Below are positions 1 to 8,526 of a stretch of 28,337 nucleotides of DNA, piece by piece (the stretch's first letter is position 1; the number at the start of each line of letters is the position of its first letter). A model generated the notes under the pieces. It was not told the origin of the DNA. It did not search any database and saw only the letters and a program-made list of their open reading frames with translations. The position numbers were made by a program, and so were the translations under genes. The stretch lies in NCBI GenBank assembly GCA_016839445.1, contig JAEOUG010000092.1, forward strand, positions 1 through 28,337. Reading direction: 5' to 3'. The DNA comes from Candidatus Thorarchaeota archaeon. Its GTDB lineage: Archaea; Asgardarchaeota; Thorarchaeia; Thorarchaeales; Thorarchaeaceae.

Positions 1-1059
1 ACCGTATTCGATGAGGTCGACGGCATCTCGATTTCTGAGAGCAACTTCACGAGAAGCGGCGTGTCCATTGGCAACAGTGTTGGGGTCACAGTGAATGGCA
101 ATTCGTTCAGCACCGAGGCTACTCAGGACCAGCTCAGTGTCTATGGCTGCAACATAGGAACAATCAGCGGCAATACGTTCAATATCAACTCCCTTGCTGG
201 ACTTCGCCTGCAGAACTCCATCAATCTTATCGTCACAAACTGCGAGTTCGTATCTTCAGGTCCATGGGGCAGTCTCGGAATCGACTCGAGGGGCTTTGAG
301 GGTATGAGTGACATTACAATTGAGGGTTGTACGTTCGAGTCAGTGGAGTGCCACGCAGGATACTGCGAAACCGGACTCGTAGTGACGGACTGCACCCTCA
401 CAGACGCAGGGATACTAGTAGTTGACTCACCTGAAGCGGAAGTGAGTTCAAACTCCATCACGCGAGGAACCATTGTCGTCACGGATACCTGCCAGGACTC
501 GCTCATCTTCAACAACACACTGATTGGATGCAGCAATCATGGCATCAGAATAATGGAGAACAACACGGGAATCGTGGTTTCTTCGAACTCCATGGTCGGT
601 GCGAAGATATCACTGCGATATGGCATTGCCATTGAGTCAGACGGTGTTGTGGCAAGGCTCAACGAGATTGAGAACTTCGATGTGGGCATCCACCTTTCGG
701 AGGCAGACAGCTGCGATATCTACAACAACACGGTCTTCGGAAATAACATAGGCATCGAGATAGCCGATGGCTGCTCACTTCATCGGGTCTACTACAACAT
801 CCTCTATGGCAACACACAGAACGCAAGAGATGACGGTGCAGACAACACGTGGGACGACGGAATCATGCTGGGCAACTACTGGAGCAATGTCGGAGCGCCC
901 GGAGAGTACGCCGTTCCTGGAGCAGCTGGAAGCGTTGATCGCTACGCGCAGCCCTACGTGACTGATTCGGGGATTCCGCTGCAGATTCTACTGGTGGCAT
1001 CAATCGCTGGTGTTTTCGTGATATTCGCAGCCGCCTTCCTCAAGATGAGGCGGAAGTAG
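1..1059 (+). CDS. Right-handed beta-helix (NosD/CASH-like) surface protein with C-terminal membrane anchor, 5'-partial
   Basis: Frame is open from base 1. Repeated I-x-x-N-x-I and N-x-x-G-I motifs, a WDDG..GNYWS motif, and a hydrophobic C-terminal helix followed by KMRRK. Confidence 0.8.
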   Translation, partial: TVFDEVDGISISESNFTRSGVSIGNSVGVTVNGNSFSTEATQDQLSVYGCNIGTISGNTFNINSLAGLRLQNSINLIVTNCEFVSSGPWGSLGIDSRGFEGMSDITIEGCTFESVECHAGYCETGLVVTDCTLTDAGILVVDSPEAEVSSNSITRGTIVVTDTCQDSLIFNNTLIGCSNHGIRIMENNTGIVVSSNSMVGAKISLRYGIAIESDGVVARLNEIENFDVGIHLSEADSCDIYNNTVFGNNIGIEIADGCSLHRVYYNILYGNTQNARDDGADNTWDDGIMLGNYWSNVGAPGEYAVPGAAGSVDRYAQPYVTDSGIPLQILLVASIAGVFVIFAAAFLKMRRK

Positions 1060-1080
1060 TCAGAACAGAAAGGAATTGAA

Positions 1081-1155
1081 TGGTGCGGCCACCGGGATTC
1101 GAACCCGGGTCACGAGCTTGGAAGGCTCATATCATAACCCCTAGACTATGGCCGC
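1081..1155 (-). tRNA. tRNA-Gly(TCC), CCA encoded
   Basis: Reverse complement reads GCGGCCA...TGAGC CTTCCAA GCTCG...GGTTCGAATCCC...TGGCCGC A CCA. TATA-like CTTAAAT on the minus strand at 1182-1188. Confidence 0.97.
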
Positions 1156-1246
1156 AGTGGGGCAGTCCTCTCGAAGTGTTGATTTAAGCATATTGGAGCA
1201 GATAGTGCTACCAAGCCACAACGTTCAGCCATCAGAAGAAATCCGG

Positions 1247-1942
1247 CTAGTCGATGCGTCTTTCCCATGTGTATGCCCAGATGACCTCGGAGCAAACGTG
1301 CCACGCCATCATCACCTGAGAATCAAGTTCGATGTGCCTTGAGAACAGATCCTTTGTTTCCTCAGTGAAGTCGCCGTGAGGGAACGCGCCGATTCCGACA
1401 ACAGCCTGGTCCGGCGTAACTAGGAGCTGGCCCAGATCTCTCATCCCTACTATCTGCCCACCCTCGATTGCCAGGACCGTGCATTCATGATTCTTCTTGC
1501 TGAGATCGCTTACGAGCTGTGGAAGACTCCCGCCCTTCATTGCCAGGAGTGCATCTCCCTCAGGAGGAACTCTCCCATGTGTCAATAGCTGTTCCATGAG
1601 GCCGACAAATCGGTCGTAGTTACGAGGAAGCCGCACTGAGGAATCAACATCCACGATTCTTCCGTCCTGAAGATGTAGGAAGACCTTAAGGAGACCCTGC
1701 TTGCACAGAGGGGTCTCGAGCAGGTTCATCAGACAGAGATAGACGATGTCAGGGCGTCCTCTGCGTTCTCCGTCCCCTAGCTTGGTCATGGCTCTACCAT
1801 GTAGGCTCTGGTCAAGAAGAAGATCGGTGGGGCTCTTCTTCCTTCGACTGGCGTGTTGCTGAATCTCCTTTATACTGGACAGCTCAGACGGGACTAGCTC
1901 GAGGGCACATTCAAGCAGGATGACATTGAGCACAGGACTCAC
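1247..1942 (-). CDS. nep1: 16S rRNA pseudouridine N1-methyltransferase Nep1/EMG1 (SPOUT)
   Basis: Motifs LLDQSLH, RGRPDIV, RLPRNYDRFVGLMEQL and IGAFPHGDF. Confidence 0.95.
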   Translation of the reverse strand: MSPVLNVILLECALELVPSELSSIKEIQQHASRRKKSPTDLLLDQSLHGRAMTKLGDGERRGRPDIVYLCLMNLLETPLCKQGLLKVFLHLQDGRIVDVDSSVRLPRNYDRFVGLMEQLLTHGRVPPEGDALLAMKGGSLPQLVSDLSKKNHECTVLAIEGGQIVGMRDLGQLLVTPDQAVVGIGAFPHGDFTEETKDLFSRHIELDSQVMMAWHVCSEVIWAYTWERRID

Positions 1943-1965
1943 CTTACTGAAGTCGTGTCACGAAC

Positions 1966-1974
1966 GATTTAAGC
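1966..1974. promoter_or_regulatory. Probable bidirectional TATA box between nep1 and rnp4
   Basis: TTTAA at 1968-1972 lies about 25 nt from both divergent start codons (1942 and 1997). Confidence 0.5.
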
Positions 1975-1996
1975 AGTATGACCACCCAGTGAGGAT

Positions 1997-2338
1997 GTGA
2001 TGAAGCGACGAGCCCCCTCAAGGAAGAGGTCTGCAAAGCAACGGTTGCAGACTCTGGCCAGCCAAAGGATAGAGGTCCTCTGGAAGGAGGCTAGGAGAGA
2101 GGCCATAAGCCGGCCGGAACTGGCACGAATGCATGTGGGAAGTGCGAAGAGAATCGCGCAAAAGGCGCGAGTCAAGCTGCCGAGACAGATGGTCCGTCAA
2201 ATCTGCAGAGGGTGCGGAGGAGTCCTTGTCCCCGGCGAAAACGCTCGAGTGAGATTGAGAAGCAACCGAGCACGACATGTTGCCATAACCTGTCTTGGGT
2301 GTGGTCACATCACTCGTTTCTATTCGGATCGCCAATGA
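1997..2338 (+). CDS. rnp4: Ribonuclease P protein component 4 (Rpp21)
   Basis: A..RI..L N-terminal helix, zinc ribbon CRGC...LVPG...CLGCG, canonical position before yhbY-rps19e. Confidence 0.95.
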   Translation: MMKRRAPSRKRSAKQRLQTLASQRIEVLWKEARREAISRPELARMHVGSAKRIAQKARVKLPRQMVRQICRGCGGVLVPGENARVRLRSNRARHVAITCLGCGHITRFYSDRQ

Positions 2339-2388
2339 CTACAAGCATAGGTTAATGTAATCTCACTTGGCTCCCGAGGTGAACGAAG

Positions 2389-2655
2389 ATGACTCAGAAG
2401 GCAGACCCCACAAGGATCTCCATTGCCTGGCAGGACCCGGCAATACTGCAGATTGGCAAATCAGGTGTGACAGAGGGTCTCATAAAGGAGGCTACGAGGC
2501 TTCTGAAGAAGCACAAGTACATCAAGGTGCGCTTGCTCAGGAGTGCCTTGGGAGACCGCACGAAAGAAGAGCTCATCGAGCTGCTCTGTGCTGAGAGTAA
2601 GGCCACTCTCTCAGGCTTCAGAGGGAACACAGCCGTGATTTTCAGACTCCGCTGA
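2389..2655 (+). CDS. yhbY: YhbY/CRM-domain RNA-binding protein
   Basis: QIGKSGVT, IKVRLL and RGNTAVIFR motifs; synteny. Confidence 0.92.
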   Translation: MTQKADPTRISIAWQDPAILQIGKSGVTEGLIKEATRLLKKHKYIKVRLLRSALGDRTKEELIELLCAESKATLSGFRGNTAVIFRLR

Positions 2656-2682
2656 GCACACATCATCAAACACAACGATAAT

Positions 2683-2690
2683 CTTATATC
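2683..2690 (+). promoter_or_regulatory. TATA box for the rps19e operon
   Basis: CTTATATC about 90 nt upstream of the rps19e ATG, implying a leadered transcript. Confidence 0.55.
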
Positions 2691-2780
2691 CAGACCCTAG
2701 ACGGTTGCTCCAGCCTTTTGAGGAGGTCATCTGCCGAAAGGGTTTGAGGTGACCGGCTCAATGCGATTGGTGACTGACAG

Positions 2781-3233
2781 ATGCCTACAGTCTATGACAT
2801 TCCAGCCAACATCCTGATTCGCCGACTTGCTCAGGACCTTAAGTCCAGAGAGGAGTTCGCTCCTCCAGACTGGATTCCGTTCGTCAAGACCGGAGTACAA
2901 AAGGAGAGGGCACCAGATGACCCAGACTTCTGGTTCGTCAGATGTGCTAGCATCCTTCGCAAGGTCTACCTTAATGGTCCTATCGGAACTGAGAGGCTGC
3001 GAATCGCCTATGGCGGCAAGAACCGGCGTGGTACAAAGAGAAACGAGTTCCACAAGGGTAGCGGAGCCATAGTCCGGACTGCCTTGCAGCAGCTGGAGAG
3101 CGCTGGCTTTGTCAAGAAGAGGGGCAACCACGGACGTGAGATGACCGATATCGGTCGGTCCTACATGGACAAACTGTCATCAGCACTCAAGCAGGAGCTC
3201 TCAAAGGCGATCCCCGAGCTAGAGAAATACTAG
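2781..3233 (+). CDS. rps19e: 30S ribosomal protein S19e
   Basis: MPTVYD start, PDW..FVKTG..KERAP, ASILRK and LQQLE.AG motifs. Confidence 0.98.
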   Translation: MPTVYDIPANILIRRLAQDLKSREEFAPPDWIPFVKTGVQKERAPDDPDFWFVRCASILRKVYLNGPIGTERLRIAYGGKNRRGTKRNEFHKGSGAIVRTALQQLESAGFVKKRGNHGREMTDIGRSYMDKLSSALKQELSKAIPELEKY

Positions 3234-3252
3234 GTCAGGTGAAGCAGCCGCA

Positions 3253-3582
3253 ATGAGTGATGAGGAACTAGAGGCCATACGTCAGAGGAAGCTGGCACAG
3301 CTTCGCGACCAGGCCCTACAGGAACAGGCTGATGAGCAGGCTTCCCTTGAAGCCCAAGCTCAGAAGGAGGCCATCCTGAGAAGAATCCTCACACCAGAGG
3401 CACGAGCTCGGCTGACAAACATCAAGCTGGTCAAGCCTCAATTCGCAGAGCAGATAGAGCTTCAGCTCATTCAGCTGGCAAGCGCTGGAAGGCTCCGGTC
3501 GAAGATGACAGACGAGCAACTGAAGACGCTTCTGAAACAAGTGCAGGGTCAGGAGCGAGAACGGAAGATAACGTTCAGATAG
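3253..3582 (+). CDS. PDCD5-like DNA-binding protein
   Basis: DEELEAIR and [18 protein letters not shown] motifs; synteny. Confidence 0.95.
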   Translation: MSDEELEAIRQRKLAQLRDQALQEQADEQASLEAQAQKEAILRRILTPEARARLTNIKLVKPQFAEQIELQLIQLASAGRLRSKMTDEQLKTLLKQVQGQERERKITFR

Positions 3583-3602
3583 TAGCTGCATGGGTGAACA
3601 CA

Positions 3603-3758
3603 ATGGCAAGAAACAAGCCGCTAGGAAAGAAACTCAGAATGGCAAAAGCCATGAAAAGCAATTCCTCAGTCCCAACCTGGGTTATCGTGAGGACCGGAGG
3701 AAGAATACGAAGGACCCCATCGCAGCGAAACTGGCGTCAAACAAAGCTAAAACCATAG
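3603..3758 (+). CDS. rpl39e: 50S ribosomal protein L39e (51 aa, absent from the ORF track)
   Basis: Manual translation [51 protein letters not shown]; GGTGA ribosome-binding site upstream; canonical position before rpl31e. Confidence 0.96.
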   Translation: MARNKPLGKKLRMAKAMKSNSSVPTWVIVRTGGRIRRTPSQRNWRQTKLKP

Positions 3759-3772
3759 TCAGGTGTCACTAG

Positions 3773-4180
3773 ATGTCGAAGAAGAAGAAGGCAGAGGTCT
3801 CCGAAGAGGCAGATGAGCTCGAAGAGATAGAGGAGATCGAGGAAGTCGAAGAGAGAGAAGAGAAGGTAGAGGCACCTGAGGAAGAAGAGGTCACTCCTGA
3901 AGAGCCGGAGGAAGAGGAGGAAATCATAGACGAGAGAATCTATACAGTCCCTCTTCGTAAGGCATACTGGGCAGGAAGTAGACTGAAACGCGCAAATAGG
4001 TCAGTGAGAATTCTAAGAGAGTTTGTGGAACGACACATGAAGCCTGAAGAGCTTCTGATACAGCCGGAAGTGAACGAGCTCATTTGGGCACGCGGCATCC
4101 AGAAGCCACCACGTAGGCTGAGGATAAGGGCCACCAAGAACTCTGAGAACCTTGTGCGCGTATATTTGGCGGAGGGATAG
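3773..4180 (+). CDS. rpl31e: 50S ribosomal protein L31e with long acidic N-terminal extension
   Basis: ERIYTVPLR, FVERHMK and NELIWARGIQKPP motifs. Confidence 0.96.
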   Translation: MSKKKKAEVSEEADELEEIEEIEEVEEREEKVEAPEEEEVTPEEPEEEEEIIDERIYTVPLRKAYWAGSRLKRANRSVRILREFVERHMKPEELLIQPEVNELIWARGIQKPPRRLRIRATKNSENLVRVYLAEG

Positions 4181-4186
4181 CCCGGC

Positions 4187-4852
4187 TTGATCGCCCGAAC
4201 GGACTTCGAGGGCGATTCTAATGTTGGAGCCTATGGAATCGCCACAGACCGTTTCATGTTTGTAAGCTCGAACATGTCAGAGAAGGCCATGGACGTAATA
4301 GAGAGGGCATTCAATCTCCCTCTTGTTCAGAGCACTGTGGCAACCCTGGATGCCGTAGGACTTGTTTCCGTAGCAAACTCAAACGGCATCCTTGTTCCCT
4401 ACACTACTACGAATGAAGAGCTCGCAGAGTTGCAGGCTTCAGCCGAGGTGCCTGTTGACTGGATAGAGGACAAGATGACAGCCCTCGGGAATATCATCGC
4501 CGCAAACGATCACGGAGCACTATGCCATCCAGACTTCAATGCGAAAGCAAGACAGAAGATTGCTGACGTTCTTGGTGTCGAAGTGGTTCCCGGCACAATT
4601 GCGAGACTGCCCATTGTCGGCGCGAATTCGGTTGTGACCAATAATGGCGCTGTCGTTCATCCGCTTGCTACGGATGACGAGATTGACCTGCTATCACAGC
4701 TGTTAAAAGTGCACGTCGAAGTGGGGACAGTAAACCGAGGAAGCCCATATACAAGCCTCGGAGTCATAGCAAACGTAGACGGCCTGATTGCGGGTTCAGA
4801 CACAACTGGAGTCGAGCTTGCTCACATAAGCCAAGTTCTAGGCTTCGTATGA
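4187..4852 (+). CDS. eif6: Translation initiation factor 6 (aIF6), TTG start
   Basis: SNVG, ALGNII.AND.GAL.HP and GTVNRG motifs. Confidence 0.96.
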   Translation: MIARTDFEGDSNVGAYGIATDRFMFVSSNMSEKAMDVIERAFNLPLVQSTVATLDAVGLVSVANSNGILVPYTTTNEELAELQASAEVPVDWIEDKMTALGNIIAANDHGALCHPDFNAKARQKIADVLGVEVVPGTIARLPIVGANSVVTNNGAVVHPLATDDEIDLLSQLLKVHVEVGTVNRGSPYTSLGVIANVDGLIAGSDTTGVELAHISQVLGFV

Positions 4853-4865
4853 TAAGGTGATACTA

Positions 4866-5111
4866 ATGAGTCAGAGAGTATGGCGTGCTGATGGAAACTA
4901 CAGGAAGAAGGGACGCACCTTCGTCTTCACGAAGGAGCTGCTGGCGGACAAGGAGTCTCACGTTAGGGAGAGGCTGCTCTCGGAATTGGGTAGCCGTCAT
5001 CGAGTCCCCAGAAGAGACATAACAATCAAGGAAATCAAGGAAATCAAACCCGAAGAACTCCAGAGTCTTGAACTCAGGAATCTCCTAGGTGTGGAGAGCG
5101 AGTTTGAATGA
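4866..5111 (+). CDS. rpl18a: 50S ribosomal protein L18Ae/LX (eL20)
   Basis: FTKE and SELGSRHRV.R..I.I motifs; located between eIF6 and pfdA. ATG at 4866 follows AGGTGA; alternative GTG at 4857. Confidence 0.92.
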   Translation: MSQRVWRADGNYRKKGRTFVFTKELLADKESHVRERLLSELGSRHRVPRRDITIKEIKEIKPEELQSLELRNLLGVESEFE

Positions 5112-5557
5112 CCGATGAACAGCAGCAGCTTCTACAGAGAATCTACGCCCAGCAACAGCTTACTGAACAGAACATAGGTCTCTATCAACAGCAGCTTGAG
5201 CTGATACAAGCCCTCATCAGGAGCTACCAATCGGGCCTGATGATTCTCGAGGAAATCGAGAACAAGAAGGAGGGCGAGGAAATGCTGATGGAGGTCGGAG
5301 GCAAGATTCAGGTTCAGGCGAAGCTCGTCAACCCTAAGAAGGTCATCAGAGGAATCGGCAGGAACGTGAAGATCGAGCAGAGCACGGCAGATGCAAGGAA
5401 GGCACTTGAGGAACAACTCGAGAACTTCGGAAAGCAGTATGACGTCCTACGCCAGGAATATGAGAAGAACCTCGTACAGGCTCAGGCATTAAGTAACCAG
5501 TTTGAGCAGATTGCTGCACAGATCCAGGGAGCAATGGGGAAGAGCGAGGAGGAATAG
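5108..5557 (+). CDS. pfdA: Prefoldin subunit alpha
   Basis: Coiled coils flanking a double beta-hairpin (LMEVGG...VIRGIG..V.IE); ATGA overlap with the previous gene; synteny. Confidence 0.92.
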   Translation: MTDEQQQLLQRIYAQQQLTEQNIGLYQQQLELIQALIRSYQSGLMILEEIENKKEGEEMLMEVGGKIQVQAKLVNPKKVIRGIGRNVKIEQSTADARKALEEQLENFGKQYDVLRQEYEKNLVQAQALSNQFEQIAAQIQGAMGKSEEE

Positions 5558-5561
5558 CTGG

Positions 5562-6473
5562 GTGTTTGACAGGCTCCGAGGCGCCCTCGACTCAGCAATC
5601 ACCAAAGCCACGACCAGAGAACTCAGCGAGAAGAACATGGCAGATGCAGTATGGGATCTGCAGATGGTTCTGATTCAGAATGACGTGGCCGTTGAGGTCG
5701 CAGAGCATGTCTGTGAACTTACAAAGCAGAAACTTCTTGGCTCACGAGCGGGACGACTAGATAACATCGGTCGTCTGTACAAGACGGCAATCCACGACTC
5801 TGTGCTCGAAGTCCTCAAGCCCGAACACCCTCTGGAGCCAATCGAGTTCGTGACCGCAAGAAAACAGAAGGGTGAAACCACGATCATAATGTTCGTGGGC
5901 GTGAACGGAACGGGAAAGACGACGACCTTGGCGAAGATGGCCCACATCTTCAAGAAGAAGGGCTTCTCCGTTGTCATAGCCGCAGGAGATACTTTTCGAG
6001 CAGGAAGCATTGAGCAGCTGCAGCAGCACGCTGACAGGGTCGGTGTCAAAGTAATCAAGCAGAGCTACGGCTCGGACGCAGCGGCAGTGGCCTACGATAC
6101 TATTGCTCACGCCAAGGCCAAGCACATAGACGTTGTTCTGATTGATACTGCCGGGAGAATGCAGAGCAACAAGAATCTCCTTGAAGAAATGAAGAAGATC
6201 GCAAGAGTAGCCGAACCGGACCTGAAGCTATTCGTTGGAGATGCACTTGCAGGAAATGATGCATTGTCGCAGGCCAAGGAGTTTCATAGCGCAATTGGCA
6301 TTGACGGAGCCATCTTGACCAAGGTTGATGCGGATCCCTCGGGAGGTGCTGCTCTATCCATCGCCTTTGTCACGGGCAGACCTGTGGTCTTCGTGGGCGT
6401 GGGTCAGGGATACGATGACCTCAAGAAGTTCGACCCTGAGTGGTTTGCAAAGAGGCTTGTAGGAGCAGACTAG
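5562..6473 (+). CDS. ftsY: SRP receptor FtsY (NG domain only; probable GTG start at 5562)
   Basis: GVNGTGKTTT, DTFRAG, DTAGR and TKVD GTPase motifs; MFDRL-type start just after the pfdA stop. Confidence 0.97.
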   Translation: MFDRLRGALDSAITKATTRELSEKNMADAVWDLQMVLIQNDVAVEVAEHVCELTKQKLLGSRAGRLDNIGRLYKTAIHDSVLEVLKPEHPLEPIEFVTARKQKGETTIIMFVGVNGTGKTTTLAKMAHIFKKKGFSVVIAAGDTFRAGSIEQLQQHADRVGVKVIKQSYGSDAAAVAYDTIAHAKAKHIDVVLIDTAGRMQSNKNLLEEMKKIARVAEPDLKLFVGDALAGNDALSQAKEFHSAIGIDGAILTKVDADPSGGAALSIAFVTGRPVVFVGVGQGYDDLKKFDPEWFAKRLVGAD

Positions 6474-6486
6474 ACCAGTGGAGAGC

Positions 6487-6494
6487 TTTTTATA
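6487..6494 (+). promoter_or_regulatory. TATA box upstream of argF
   Basis: TTTTTATA about 35 nt before the start codon. Confidence 0.6.
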
Positions 6495-6529
6495 CGAGGC
6501 TCCAGAGATAGCCCTCAACACACCATGAG

Positions 6530-7462
6530 GTGCAATTGTTGGATTTGAAGGGTAGACACTTCATTGACCTCTCACAGTACAAGAGGGACGAGCTTAGACA
6601 CTTCTTGGACAAAGCCATTGAACTGAAGGAGATGCAGAAGCGAGGCGAACCTCATGAGCTCCTTAAGGGAAAGTCTCTGGCGATGATCTTCATGAAGTCA
6701 TCAACGCGGACTCGTGTGTCTTTTGAAGTAGGAATGACGCAGCTTGGCGGACATGCTCTATATCTGCAGCCCAGCGGAACCCAGCTTGGCAGAGGCGAGA
6801 CAATAGGAGACACAGCGAAGGTTCTGAGCAGGTATTGCGATGTGATAATGGCCCGGGTGTTCGCACACTCAGAAGTCACTGAGCTAGCAGAGCACGCAAC
6901 GGTTCCCGTCATCAACGGTCTCTCTGACCTGCTGCATCCTTGTCAGATCATGGCAGACATGCTGACCATAGAAGAGCACAAGGGCAAGCTAGAAGGACTG
7001 AAGATAACCTACGTTGGAGACTCCAATAATGTCAGCAATTCCATCATGCAGGGTTGCACGATCATGGGTATGGATGTCACAATCGGTTCACCAGAGGGGT
7101 ATACTCCGGCCGATGACATACTCAAGAAGTCCACAGACCTAAGCAAGAAGTATGGCACGACACTAGAGGTAGTCACAGAGCCATATGAGGCAGTGAAGAA
7201 CGCAGATGTTATCTACACAGACACCTTCTTCAGCATGGGTCAGGAGAGAGAGAAGAGCAAGGAAGAGGCCCTCATGCCCTTCCAGATTAATAGGACCTTG
7301 GTCGAGAAGGCCAAGAAGGACGTAATCGTGATGCACTGCCTGCCTGCACACAGAGATGAAGAGCTCACTTCTGAAGTGATGGACGGACCTCACTCCGTTG
7401 TCTTCGATCAAGCGGAGAACCGGCTTCATGCACAGAAGGGCATCATGGCATTGTTAGTCTAG
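6530..7462 (+). CDS. argF: Ornithine carbamoyltransferase
   Basis: SSTRTR, HPCQ, SMG loop, HCLP and QAENR motifs. Confidence 0.96.
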   Translation: MQLLDLKGRHFIDLSQYKRDELRHFLDKAIELKEMQKRGEPHELLKGKSLAMIFMKSSTRTRVSFEVGMTQLGGHALYLQPSGTQLGRGETIGDTAKVLSRYCDVIMARVFAHSEVTELAEHATVPVINGLSDLLHPCQIMADMLTIEEHKGKLEGLKITYVGDSNNVSNSIMQGCTIMGMDVTIGSPEGYTPADDILKKSTDLSKKYGTTLEVVTEPYEAVKNADVIYTDTFFSMGQEREKSKEEALMPFQINRTLVEKAKKDVIVMHCLPAHRDEELTSEVMDGPHSVVFDQAENRLHAQKGIMALLV

Positions 7463-7473
7463 AGGCGCGAATA

Positions 7474-8448
7474 GTGGTCGGCGAAGTCGTATCAGTTGGC
7501 AGAATCAACATTGATGTTGACCTCAGAATGGAGAATCTCCCCGAAGTTGGAGGGCACGTCATCTGTGACAAGGGGCAGATTAACTTCGGAGGATCTGCGT
7601 CCAACTTCGCCAGCCAGTGCTCTCGGCTTGGACTGAAGGTAAGCCTTGTGAGCTGCGTTGGTAACGATGCCTACGGTTCACTGGCTGTCAAGGAGATAGC
7701 AAAGCTCGGTATAGATACCAGCTGTGTCATGGTGCTTGATAACCAGCCTACTGGAATCTTCGTTATGGCCAGGGACTCAACTGGCAAGCAGATGGTAATG
7801 GCGGAGCCGGGGGCCAACAGGTTCCTAGATAGGAGGGTCTTCGAAGACGACTCTATTGCTGAGGCTCATGTCATGCACATCGCCGGCGCGTTTCCCATGA
7901 TGATAGACAGAGCCATGGAGATGACCTCTACCTACGGCATGGTGCTGTCACTCGATCCCGGCCGCGCTGCGGAAGGGCTTGACTTCAGCCGAATCCTAAG
8001 GGGCACTGACCTGCTGTTCCTGAACCAAGAAGAACTGAAGGAGTACTTTGGGATAGAGCCGAGGGAGACCGAGCTCAAGAACCTCGCCAAGACATTTCCC
8101 GGCGTACTCATAGTAAAGATGGGAAAGAAGGGAGCAATTGCCACGGATGGCTTCGAGTTCGTCTCCTCCAAGATCTTCGAGGTCAAGGTCGCCGACACTA
8201 TGGGAGCCGGTGACGCTTTCGCAGCAGGATTCGTCACTGCTTGGACACGGGCTGAAGACATCAGCAAGGCACTACACTTCGCCAACGCAGTGGCAGCGAT
8301 AACCATCACCAAGCCCGGTGCACAGAACGGACAGCCGGACCTTGACGAAACTAACGACCTGCTTAGATCGCATGGAATTCAGGTCGATAGCATCGTGCGG
8401 ACATTCAAGAAGGGGCCGAGGCCCAAGAAGGCCAGACGCAGCAAGTGA
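7474..8448 (+). CDS. PfkB/ribokinase-family carbohydrate or nucleoside kinase
   Basis: GGSASN, VGND..G, N..E and DTMGAGDAF signatures. Confidence 0.92.
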   Translation: MVGEVVSVGRINIDVDLRMENLPEVGGHVICDKGQINFGGSASNFASQCSRLGLKVSLVSCVGNDAYGSLAVKEIAKLGIDTSCVMVLDNQPTGIFVMARDSTGKQMVMAEPGANRFLDRRVFEDDSIAEAHVMHIAGAFPMMIDRAMEMTSTYGMVLSLDPGRAAEGLDFSRILRGTDLLFLNQEELKEYFGIEPRETELKNLAKTFPGVLIVKMGKKGAIATDGFEFVSSKIFEVKVADTMGAGDAFAAGFVTAWTRAEDISKALHFANAVAAITITKPGAQNGQPDLDETNDLLRSHGIQVDSIVRTFKKGPRPKKARRSK

Positions 8449-8526
8449 GTAATACCAGTGTAGTATAGCAGTTTTTCTTAGTACAATACTGGGGTAATAG
8501 CATCCAAGCCGATGTGAGTTGTTGCT

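Noticed and set aside
3590-3772. 60-aa [11 protein letters not shown]... in the ORF track
   Set aside because: Wrong frame; the real gene here is rpl39e at 3603-3758.
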